This document shows, one piece after another, positions 10,504-19,552 of a stretch of DNA of 64,000 nt. The DNA lies in the NCBI GenBank assembly GCA_016699975.1, contig CP064994.1, forward strand, positions 848,311 through 912,310, read 5' to 3'. The translations under genes and the position numbers were made by a program. Under the pieces are notes generated by a model. The model saw only the letters and a list, made by a program, of their open reading frames with translations. It did not search any database and was not told where the DNA came from. The first letter of the stretch is position 1. The number at the start of each line of letters is the position of its first letter. This DNA comes from Candidatus Moraniibacteriota bacterium (GTDB taxonomy: Bacteria > Patescibacteriota > Minisyncoccia > Moranbacterales > UBA1568).

Positions 10504-11214
10504 TCATTCCCCCTTCCCTTTCATTCCCGAAAAAAGCGGCCCATACATATCATCTTCCACTGAAATGGAAAGCTCCGAAGGATCAATTACCTCACAGAAT
10601 TCCACTGGCGGATCGGTAATAACGGCAAGGGGACATTGCTCGTTTCCTTCCCCCATTCCCAAGACCGCACTAGCGGCAAGGCTGTCGGCCACATCAGTTC
10701 TCGAGAGACGAAGAAGTCGGCCGAAAATGTCCGGTTTCCCTCGGTAATCACGTACCCCTCGGAACCCCGCATATCCGAGAGCAACCCCAACCACTCCCGC
10801 ACGAAATGGGAGCGTCCGACTATCAGAAATAATAACGCCGAGCGATCGAACTCCGTACGACTCCTTCAGTTCCTCGCGGAGAAGCGCCGCGGAGCGAAAC
10901 GAATCTTTCGGCAACAGGATAAGCTTTCCATCTCCATTCGACTCATCAATTCCCGAGGAAGGCATCGGGATTCCCTGCCGAACGGTGAGCCAACAGTATT
11001 TGGTATGAATTGCAAACTCACTTTCTTCACGTATCAACTCTTCTTTGCGAGCATCGGAAGAAAATGGTTCGACGCGACCTTCCGCAAGCGCCACGATCTT
11101 CGAAGTCACCACGAGAACGGATCGCTCCGGAAGCGATGGGAGAAATTCCCGAAGAAATGGGAGGAGTGACTCACCCTCCGTAAAAATTCTCGTCTTTCGG
11201 ACGTCAACATTCAT
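10504..11214 (-). CDS. CofE-like (F420-0:gamma-glutamyl ligase family) protein
   Basis: VLVVTSKIVALAEGR ... SGIDESN ... GVIISDS pattern of the CofE/FbiB-N fold. Confidence 0.5.
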   Translation of the reverse strand: MNVDVRKTRIFTEGESLLPFLREFLPSLPERSVLVVTSKIVALAEGRVEPFSSDARKEELIREESEFAIHTKYCWLTVRQGIPMPSSGIDESNGDGKLILLPKDSFRSAALLREELKESYGVRSLGVIISDSRTLPFRAGVVGVALGYAGFRGVRDYRGKPDIFGRLLRLSRTDVADSLAASAVLGMGEGNEQCPLAVITDPPVEFCEVIDPSELSISVEDDMYGPLFSGMKGKGE

Positions 11215-11283
11215 ATCGGGATTGCAGAAAATACTCTTCTGTTCTTTCCTTGCATTTTTTCTCTTCGACTGCGAGTCTTGGTT

Positions 11284-12255
11284 CTATTCCGAACGATTTT
11301 TTGCGCCGAGACGCTCAAAAGCGCGAAGCACTTCAAGCGGTACAGCAAAAACCACAGTATTCGATTGATCGGAAGAGATATCGTTAATCGAATGAAGGGT
11401 GCGAAGGTGGAGGGAGCCGTCGTGCTGCGCAAGAATACCCGCCGCACGAGAAATATTTTCCGCTGCGATCACTTCCCCTTCGGCCTTAATAATGACGGCA
11501 CGGCGTTCACGTTCCGCTTCCGCTTGTTTCCCGATGACGCGCTTCATTTCTTCCGGGAGCGTCACATCTTTGAGTTCCACGGAACTCACCTTGACGCCCC
11601 AGGCATCGGTCGCCTGATCCACAATGCCGCGGATCTTTTCGGCAATCGCGTCTCTATTCGAAAGGAGCTCATCGAGATCGACTTCGCCTACCACGTTTCG
11701 TATAGTAGTCTGCGCAAGTTGTGACACCGCATAGAAAAAGTTTTCTACCTCGATAATCGCTTTCTCAGCATGGGAAATCTTGTAGTAGATGACGGCATTC
11801 ACAGTCACAGAAATATTGTCCTTCGTAATCGCTTCCTGATCCGGCACATCGACGGCGCGGATACGCATATCGACCTTCTGGTAAGACTGAAACACGGGAA
11901 TCACGAGACGCCAGCCGGGCTCCATTGTTCCTGTGTATTTCCCAATTGTGAATTTTACGCCTCGCTCGTACTGATTGATCTGACGAATGGAAAGAACTAG
12001 GACAATGATGATTATGATAGGGAGCAAGAAAAAGATATCCATAGAAAAAATGTTACCAATAAAACGAAAGAACAGGGGCGCACCTACAAAATTGATAATG
12101 GAAAGAAAGAGGAGAATGACCGGGAACATCCGAACCCACGGGTTTTTCATGAATTCACGAAGTTTCTCTTCAAGAGTTTCTGTCTCAAATTCGGGTGGAG
12201 CAGAATACATCATAGAATTTCGATGAGACTTGTACGCTTCTTTGCTCTCCATCAT
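11284..12255 (-). CDS. SPFH/band-7 (stomatin/prohibitin-like) membrane protein
   Basis: N-terminal TM segment followed by an SPFH core (ERGVKFTIGKYTG...VDMRIRAVDVPDQEAITKDNISVTVNAVIYYKI) and a coiled-coil tail. Confidence 0.75.
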   Translation of the reverse strand: MMESKEAYKSHRNSMMYSAPPEFETETLEEKLREFMKNPWVRMFPVILLFLSIINFVGAPLFFRFIGNIFSMDIFFLLPIIIIIVLVLSIRQINQYERGVKFTIGKYTGTMEPGWRLVIPVFQSYQKVDMRIRAVDVPDQEAITKDNISVTVNAVIYYKISHAEKAIIEVENFFYAVSQLAQTTIRNVVGEVDLDELLSNRDAIAEKIRGIVDQATDAWGVKVSSVELKDVTLPEEMKRVIGKQAEAERERRAVIIKAEGEVIAAENISRAAGILAQHDGSLHLRTLHSINDISSDQSNTVVFAVPLEVLRAFERLGAKNRSE

Positions 12256-12285
12256 ATCGCTCTTTTCTTGAAAGTCAAAACTATA

Positions 12286-12318
12286 AAAAAAGCGCTCCTC
12301 AAAGGGAGCGCTTTTCGA
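12286..12318 (-). terminator. Rho-independent terminator (hairpin GCGCTCC...GGAGCGC followed by a T-run on the minus strand) downstream of cysteine-rich gene copy 1
   Basis: A perfect 7-bp GC-rich stem is followed by TTTTTTTA when read on the minus strand. Confidence 0.5.
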
Positions 12319-12398
12319 GAACTAACATAGGGAACCTCTCGTCCCTCCCCACCACTCCCCTCTTCCAGAGACGATTCTCACGAGGCAGGGCTCACTTA

Positions 12399-13905
12399 CT
12401 ACGGAGCAACCTCGGTCCAGTTATCAGCACACTCTTTGGTCCCTCCAAAGCAGGCATTCGCACGTCCGCAGGTATCGGTCCACTTTTCATTGGGGCAGTG
12501 ATTTTCTACTCCGGTACATGTACAGACTTCACACCGAGAGCCGTTCCACTCACCGACGCCGCAATGAAATTCGCATTTTCGAGGAGTATTCGTTTCTGAG
12601 TACTGCCAGGACAAGGGTCCTGACAAACCAGTATTGTCTCCTTCGAAGGAAACGGCGGACGGTGGGACGGATCCGCTACACTTTGGTGTTTCTGCGATTA
12701 TCTGAACAGAGCTCATGATGAAACCCGCGCCATTCGACTGGGCACATCGAATTCCATAGGTATATGTCCCGGGAGCAAGGTTCCCGTGGGGACTCCCGCT
12801 CTGTTCTGAGCTAAGCCGCCGCTTGTCCAAGACGCGTATCCCATGCCATCTATGGCATAGCAACCCGAAACGTTTGTAGAAGTCCACACAAGATTGGCTG
12901 ACGAATAAGCAGGTATCGTAATGGAGTATCCTCTTGTCGGTCTCCCTTGGGGACTCTCTGCAAGAAAGGCGACGCTTCCATTTTGTACCGGTGGTGGTGG
13001 AGGAGTTCCGCGCACACAAGAGTTTCCACTAAAAGTAAAGCCGGCACGACAGGCGATGCAATAACTTCCGCTCCCCCACTACAATCCCAGTCCCATCCCG
13101 ACCATTCTCCTCCAGTAAACAATGCGAAAGGATTTCCTCCCGGCTCTGTCCCAGCATGACCGCTCGCCGTTCCACTGGAACACAGTGTAAACCCATCTAC
13201 TTCCGGACCTCGCTGCGTTGGCATCACTTGACCGTGAGCCGTGCCACAGGCTCCATTTGTCGGTCCTCCTCCACAATTTTTGGCACCTTCCACATTATTG
13301 CATCCGTTCCAACACTGTTGTCCGATACAAGTATTGCTCGCGCAATTATTACTTGGCGTGCAGCCGCCTGGTGGAGGTGTACCCGGACCAGACGGTGGAT
13401 CTTCCACGCTGCGCTCCATGCATCGATAAACATTTTTTCGCCACTCATTTTGTCCTTTTCGCTCACAATTACAGGTAACCGTCAATCCTTCAGAACAAAC
13501 GCTTCCCGGGGCCGGGCAATTCTGCCGATAGTTCGGGTCATACGGTGTTCCCGGGCCACACTCGCGATTACCCTGCCTCACCCATTCTCCACACTCCGCG
13601 CAGGGCTCGCAATGTGCAACGCCTCGGAACCTTCCATCCTGCTGGCATGCACCACATTGTCGCTCGCGACCAGAATTCTTACAATACGTTCCCGTGCTTG
13701 GGCAGGTGAGGAGAGGGTTGGCACTCGCTGAGCACGAGCCTCCGGGAGCAGACACTCGCCATTTTCCGGTTGCGGCTTGCGCTGATTCTGGAGAGAGCAA
13801 TGCAAAACCCACTCCAAAAACAAGTGCGAGAGCCCCAAGGAAAATATTTTGCTTCCATGCTTTCCGAGAAATGAAGGATATATTCATACGATTCGAGATC
13901 GACAC
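12399..13905 (-). CDS. Cysteine-rich secreted protein of ~560 aa, copy 1. It has a signal peptide, many CxxC-like pairs, and Pro-rich linkers, and is broken into 3 frames.
   Basis: ORFs 12850..13905, 12713..13015 and 12399..13019 tile a single protein when compared with copy 2. The N-terminal signal peptide is MSISNRMNISFISRKAWKQNIFLGALALVFGVGFALLSPESAQA. About 60 Cys residues are present. Confidence 0.5.
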
Positions 13906-14005
13906 TTAAAATTCAAAAAGAAAAATGAGGAATTTCGATACTGAGAAAAAGTAAAGATCCAAACCCCTTACTGCGACACAGTTTCCTTCTTTTCACCAGA
14001 GGGGA

Positions 14006-14458
14006 TCACTGCATCGCCGTAGACATATTCTTTTGAAGAAGCATTCTCGAAGTGAAGGATCGTGACAAACACTCCACTACGAAGCTCGTCGAATCCTTCT
14101 GTGGATTCCTGTACGTAAAAAGAGACTCAACTGAAGAGGATGCCTTCTCAGCATTACTCTCGGGAGCCGAGACGAGTTTCACCCAGACTCCATCGGCATC
14201 GTCTTTGGTTATCATTTCTCGAACGAAGCCGGAAGTTGATTGCATGTTTTTCTCTACCTCCTTCGAAAGATTCTCCGGGATACTTTTCTCGCTCTTTGGT
14301 CCAGGAGCGTTCGAGATCATATCTTTTCCTTCGGGATTGTTCTCGCCCACAAACGAACGGAGCGCCAAAAAAACCATCGCCACCATGACGATAATGAGGA
14401 GGAAGAGCGCCCAAAAAAGAAGCGGGCTGCTTGAACGGGAAGGGAGAGGTTGCGACAT
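14006..14458 (-). CDS. Small membrane-anchored protein (N-terminal TM helix, acidic/Ser-rich ectodomain), copy 1, upstream of the cysteine-rich gene
   Basis: 150-aa ORF with TM segment LLFWALFLLIIVMVAMVFLAL. Co-directional with, and immediately upstream of, the cysteine-rich gene. Duplicated at 18807..19299. Confidence 0.4.
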   Translation of the reverse strand: MSQPLPSRSSSPLLFWALFLLIIVMVAMVFLALRSFVGENNPEGKDMISNAPGPKSEKSIPENLSKEVEKNMQSTSGFVREMITKDDADGVWVKLVSAPESNAEKASSSVESLFTYRNPQKDSTSFVVECLSRSFTSRMLLQKNMSTAMQ

Positions 14459-14709
14459 AGCGTTTTTGTTTTAGAGCTGAGGAGCACAAAAAAAGACTTT
14501 TGGTCTCAGTATACCATACACGCTTTAAAACGAGCGCGCTCTTGTCAAGACTTCCCTCTCCCGAGCGAGGAGGGTAGAATCGAAATACGGCTCGTCTTTC
14601 TCTAAAAAAGAAAAATGTGGCTGAATATGAAGATTCCCATCTCTTTCGAGTTCCGTTTTTTCGTTTTTGACTCTCTGTAAGACTTCATGCAATTCCGATT
14701 GATCCTCCT

Positions 14710-14875
14710 ATGCCCTTCGCTCACCTTCACGTTCACTCGCACTACAGTCTTCTGACCGCTCCCGCGAAAATTGATGCACTTCTTGATCGCGCGAAGGCAC
14801 TCGGTATGGAGGCGCTCGCGCTCACAGATTACAGCGCGCTCTATGGTGCGGTCGAGCTTTCGGTTAAAGCGAAAG
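14710..14875 (+). pseudogene. Duplicated 5' fragment of dnaE (first ~55 codons, PHP-domain N-terminus) with no continuation
   Basis: [56 protein letters not shown] is identical to the dnaE start at 19553. Homology ends at 14875, inside the 3' end of rplA. Confidence 0.7.
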
Positions 14876-15553
14876 CCGAAATCCGGGACCCATGGTTGTC
14901 GCGAGAGTCGCCGAGACGATAAGTCTGCCCTTCATACTTTCGGGCTTCAGGCGCTGCACAGTGTCTATGAAGGAGTGAATATTCTCCGTTAATTCCTTCT
15001 CAGGCATCGATATTTTGCCCACTGACTGGTGAATATTTCCGGAATCATCAGTTTTGAAGCTTGCTTTACTTCCTTTCTTGAGCGCAAGAACAGTGTCTTT
15101 CACTTTGGAGGTCACGGTTTCGTTCTTCGGGTTCGGCATCATACCTTTGGGACCCAAAATTTTCGCCACCGTCGCAAGCTTCGGCATTATGTCTGGTGTT
15201 GCAAGAAGAATATCAAAATGAACCCCCGGAGAACACTTCCCTTCTTTTATTTCTGCAATCAACTCTTCTCCGCCAACTAAATCGGCACCCGCCTCTTTCG
15301 CCTCGGATGACTTTGATCCCGTAACAACCGCGATACGCTTTGCTCTTCCGAGACTATTCGGAAAGATAGTCGTGCCGCGGACAAGTTGATCCGTCTTCTT
15401 GGGATCAATCCCTAAGTGAAAATGTATCTCAACGGTCTCATCGAACTGAGCTGCTCGGTTCTCTTTGAGAATTGAGACGGCCTCTTTGATATCGTAAAGC
15501 TTTCCTGCTTCTCGTTTTTCAGCAATCGCTCGATAATTTTTTCCGTACTTCAT
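14864..15553 (-). CDS. rplA: 50S ribosomal protein L1
   Basis: MKYGKNYRAIAEK...GKLYDIKEAVSILK...TMGPG. Conserved secE-nusG-rplK-rplA order. Confidence 0.85.
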   Translation of the reverse strand: MKYGKNYRAIAEKREAGKLYDIKEAVSILKENRAAQFDETVEIHFHLGIDPKKTDQLVRGTTIFPNSLGRAKRIAVVTGSKSSEAKEAGADLVGGEELIAEIKEGKCSPGVHFDILLATPDIMPKLATVAKILGPKGMMPNPKNETVTSKVKDTVLALKKGSKASFKTDDSGNIHQSVGKISMPEKELTENIHSFIDTVQRLKPESMKGRLIVSATLATTMGPGFRLSL

Positions 15554-15651
15554 AGCGTTGTCGTGGTACCAACGTCCGGTTTCCTGAAAAAAGAAACCAA
15601 GACTCCCACAAAGTAAAAAAAGAAAATACTTTGGACACAACCCCTCAGAAT

Positions 15652-16074
15652 CTACCCTTCAACTTTAATACCCATGGAGCGAGCGGTACCCGCGACAATA
15701 TTCATAGCCGCATCGACGTCGTTGGCATTCAAGTCCACCATTTTCATTTCCGCAATTTCACGAAGCTGTGCAGAACTGAGTGATCCTACCTTGTCTTTGA
15801 GGGGATTCGCAGCCCCCTTCGCAGCTTTTGCAGCCTTTTTGAGGAGTTCCGCAGCGGGTGGCGTCTTTAATACAAAGGTGAAAGTACGATCTTCAAACAC
15901 AGTGATTTCGGCCGGAATGATATCGCCCATTTTCTCCTTGGTCGCCTCATTGAACTTTACGCAGAAGTCCTGAATATTGAGACCGTGTTGCCCCAGTGCG
16001 GGACCAACAGGCGGTGCCGGATTGGCTTTTCCTCCAGGAATTTGCAACTTGATAACGGTTTTAATCTTTGCCAT
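15652..16074 (-). CDS. rplK: 50S ribosomal protein L11
   Basis: [46 protein letters not shown] is canonical L11. Confidence 0.9.
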   Translation of the reverse strand: MAKIKTVIKLQIPGGKANPAPPVGPALGQHGLNIQDFCVKFNEATKEKMGDIIPAEITVFEDRTFTFVLKTPPAAELLKKAAKAAKGAANPLKDKVGSLSSAQLREIAEMKMVDLNANDVDAAMNIVAGTARSMGIKVEG

Positions 16075-16147
16075 AAGTGTCTCTAGAGATTACTGAATGG
16101 AAAGCTCGCCACTCTTTCGGCGCCTCCTCCCATTCTTGCGGACATAT

Positions 16148-16693
16148 CTATACCTTCTTAATCTGCAAAAAGTCGAGTTCGACGGGCGTCTCGCGACCAA
16201 AAAGCGAAACCAAAACTTTTACCTTTCCTTTCGCTTCGTCAAGTTCGTCTACACGGCCATCGAAATTCTTGAATGGGCCGTCAACGATTTTGACTGGATC
16301 TCCTTTTCGAACATCGATTTTGAACTTCGGCTCTTCGACTCCCATGCGCTTTTTGAGCATCTCTATCTCTTTAGGGTCAACTGGAGTTGGTGTGGTACCA
16401 AGACCAATAAATCCCGTCACATTGGGCGTATTACGAACCACATACCAGGACGCGTCGGTGACGATCATATCAACCAAAATATATCCGGGATAAATGCGCT
16501 CTTCCACCATCACGCGCTTCCCGTTTTTCATGTTGATTTTTTTCTCTTTGGGAACCATGACGTCGAAGATGAAGTCCTGCATTCCCATCGATTCGATACG
16601 CTGTGTGAGATTTCGAGAAACATTGTCTTCATAGCCAGAGTAGGTGTGAAGCACATACCATGATCGGCCATGATGTTGCGTTTGCTTTGCCAT
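16148..16693 (-). CDS. nusG: Transcription termination/antitermination factor NusG
   Basis: NGN domain (WYVLHTYSGYEDNV...) plus a C-terminal KOW domain (GDPVKIVDGPFKNFDGRVDELD). Start is the ATG at 16693, inside the longer ORF given in the track. Confidence 0.85.
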   Translation of the reverse strand: MAKQTQHHGRSWYVLHTYSGYEDNVSRNLTQRIESMGMQDFIFDVMVPKEKKINMKNGKRVMVEERIYPGYILVDMIVTDASWYVVRNTPNVTGFIGLGTTPTPVDPKEIEMLKKRMGVEEPKFKIDVRKGDPVKIVDGPFKNFDGRVDELDEAKGKVKVLVSLFGRETPVELDFLQIKKV

Positions 16694-16821
16694 AAAAAAA
16701 GAGAAACGGATGTCGAAAAAAAATCTTGTGATCAGAAAGAATCGCGAGCCTGAGAAAAACGGAAGGTTGTTTTCCACTCTCAATCGCTCTTTCCCAAAAC
16801 AAGCGCTGGCAATTTTTGTCA

Positions 16822-17010
16822 CTATTCCCCAAGAATAATCTTCTTGAAAAGCATGCCGAAAAACGAATCGAGCGTTCCCAAGAGAACAGCAACCGCCGCC
16901 GAAACACTGAGTACAATGAGTGTATATCGCACCACCTGTTCTCGCGAGGGCCACGTGATTTTGAGCGCCTCCCCTTTTGCAAGGAGGAGAAATGAAAAGA
17001 GGGATTTCAT
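16822..17010 (-). CDS. secE: Preprotein translocase subunit SecE
   Basis: 62-aa protein with MKSLFSFLLLAKGEALKITWPSREQVVRYTLIVLSVSAAVAVLLG (KVxWP motif plus a single TM). Located upstream of nusG. Confidence 0.7.
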   Translation of the reverse strand: MKSLFSFLLLAKGEALKITWPSREQVVRYTLIVLSVSAAVAVLLGTLDSFFGMLFKKIILGE

Positions 17011-17144
17011 AAATTTCGGCTTTTTTAAAGAGCCCTTGGGGCTCTTTCTGCTTCCACCATACGCGAAACGACACAAGCTGTCAACCTGACATTTCTCACA
17101 AAATAATTTGATTCCTCTCCATTTTCAAATCACAGAGAAAAAGC

Positions 17145-17185
17145 CGAGCCTCCCCAAAAGAAGAAACTCGGCTTCTGATAGTCCT
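17145..17185 (-). terminator. Rho-independent terminator downstream of cysteine-rich gene copy 2 (GCCGAG...CTCGGC stem, T-run on the minus strand)
   Basis: Hairpin AGCCGAGCC-loop-CTCGGCT followed by TTTTTCTC on the minus-strand transcript. Confidence 0.45.
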
Positions 17186-17237
17186 CCCCACCACTCCCCT
17201 CTTCCAGAGACGATTCTCACGAGGCAGGGCTCACTTA

Positions 17238-18743
17238 CTACGGAGCAACCTCGGTCCAGTTATCAGCACACTCTTTGGTCCCTCCAAAGCAGGCATTCGC
17301 ACGTCCGCAGGTATCGGTCCACTTTTCATTGGGGCAGTGATTTTCTCCGGTACATGTACAGACTTCACACCGAGAGCCGTTCCACTCACCGACGCCGCAA
17401 TGAAATTCGCATTTTCGAGGAGTATTCGTTTCTGAGTACTGCCAGGACAAGGGGCCCTGACAAACCAGTATTGTCTCCTTCGAAGGAAACGGCGGACGGT
17501 GGGACGGATCCGCTACACTTTGGTGTTTCTGCGATTATCTGAACAGAGCTCATGATGAAACCCGCGCCATTCGACTGGGCACATCGAATTCCATAGGTAT
17601 ATGTCCCGGGAGCAAGGTTCCCCGTGGGGACTCCCGCTCTGTTCTGAGCTAAGCCGCCGCTTGTCCAAGACGCGTATCCCATGCCATCTATGGCATAGCA
17701 ACCCGAAACGTTTGTAGAAGTCCACACAAGATTGGCTGACGAATAAGCAGGTATCGTAATGGAGTATCCTCTTGTCGGTCTCCCTTGGGGACTCTCTGCA
17801 AGAAAGGCGACGCTTCCATTTTGTACCGGTGGTGGTGGAGGAGTTCCGCGCACACAAGAGTTTCCACTAAAAGTAAAGCCGGCACGACAGGCGATGCAAT
17901 AACTTCCGCTCCCCCCACTACAATCCCAGTCCCATCCCGACCATTCTCCTCCAGTAAACAATGCGAAAGGATTTCCTCCCGGCTCTGTCCCAGCATGACC
18001 GCTCGCCGTTCCACTGGAACACAGTGTAAACCCATCTACTTCCGGACCTCGCTGCGTTGGCATCACTTGACCGTGAGCCGTGCCACAGGCTCCATTTGTC
18101 GGTCCTCCTCCACAATTTTTGGCACCTTCCACATTATTGCATCCGTTCCAACACTGTTGTCCGATACAAGTATTGCTCGCGCAATTATTACTTGGCGTGC
18201 AGCCGCCTGGTGGAGGTGTACCCGGACCAGACGGTGGATCTTCCACGCTGCGCTCCATGCATCGATAAACATTTTTCGCCACTCATTTTGTCCTTTTCGC
18301 TCACAATTACAGGTAACCGTCAATCCTTCAGAACAAACGCTTCCCGGGGCCGGGCAATTCTGCCGATAGTTCGGGTCATACGGTGTTCCCGGGCCACACT
18401 CGCGATTACCCTGCCTCACCCATTCTCCACACTCCGCGCAGGGCTCGCAATGTGCAACGCCTCGGAACCTTCCATCCTGCTGGCATGCACCACATTGTCG
18501 CTCGCGACCAGAATTCTTACAATACGTTCCCGTGCTTGGGCAGGTGAGGAGAGGGTTGGCACTCGCTGAGCACGAGCCTCCGGGAGCAGACACTCGCCAT
18601 TTTCCGGTTGCGGCTTGCGCTGATTCTGGAGAGAGCAATGCAAAACCCACTCCAAAAACAAGTGCGAGAGCCCCAAGGAAAATATTTTGCTTCCATGCTT
18701 TCCGAGAAATGAAAGATATATTCATACGATTCGAGATCGACAC
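17238..18743 (-). CDS. Cysteine-rich secreted protein of ~560 aa, copy 2 (broken into 3 frames at positions different from copy 1)
   Basis: ORFs 18063..18743, 17386..18282 and 17238..17450. Frame breaks lie at a T5/T6 run (~18275) and at GGGGCCC versus GGGTCC (~17455). Confidence 0.5.
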
Positions 18744-18806
18744 TTAAAATTCAAAAAAGAAAAATGAGGAATTTCGATACTGAGAAAAAGTAAAGATCCA
18801 AACCCC

Positions 18807-19299
18807 TTACTGCGACACAGTTTCCTTCTTTTCACCAGAGGGGATCACTGCATCGCCGTAGACATATTCTTTTGAAGAAGCATTCTCGAAGTGAAGGATC
18901 GTGACAAACACTCCACTACGAAGCTCGTCGAATCCTTCTGTGGATTCCTGTACGTAAAAAAGAGACTCAACTGAAGAGGATGCCTTCTCAGCATTACTCT
19001 CGGGAGCCGAGACGAGTTTCACCCAGACTCCATCGGCATCGTCTTTGGTTATCATTTCTCGAACGAAGCCGGAAGTTGATTGCATGTTTTTCTCTACCTC
19101 CTTCGAAAGATTCTCCGGGATACTTTTCTCGCTCTTTGGTCCAGGAGCGTTCGAGATCATATCTTTTCCTTCGGGATTGTTCTCGCCCACAAAACGAACG
19201 GAGCGCCAAAAAAACCATCGCCACCATGACGATAATGAGGAGGAAGAGCGCCCAAAAAAGAAGCGGGCTGCTTGAACGGGAAGGGAGAGGTTGCGACAT
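18807..19299 (-). CDS. Small membrane-anchored protein, copy 2 (frame differs from copy 1 because of A5/A6 and A3/A4 run differences)
   Basis: ORFs 18994..19299 and 18807..19364 together correspond to 14006..14458. Confidence 0.4.
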
Positions 19300-19552
19300 A
19301 GCGTTTTTGTTTTAGAGCTGAGGAGCACAAAAAAAGAGACTTTTGGTCTCAGTATACCATACACGCTTTAAAACGAGCGCGCTCTTGTCAAGACTTCCCT
19401 CTCCCGAGCGAGGAGGGTAGAATCGAAATACGGCTCGTCTTTCTCTAAAAAAGAAAAATGTGGCTGAATATGAAGATTCCCATCTCTTTCGAGTTCCGTT
19501 TTTTCGTTTTTGACTCTCTGTAAGACTTCATGCAATTCCGATTGATCCTCCT

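Larger units (their letters stand above)
12341..14875. repeat. Copy 1 of a ~2.54-kb segmental duplication (same content and orientation as 17181..19727)
   Basis: The sequence is near-identical over its whole length. Differences are single-base homopolymer-length changes, one SNP near 13890/18710, and one 3-bp indel near 12512/17345. Confidence 0.9.

Noticed and set aside
15674-16493. Plus-strand ORFs of 99-188 aa overlapping rplK and nusG
   Set aside because: They are antisense to highly conserved ribosomal-protein and NusG genes and are shadow ORFs.
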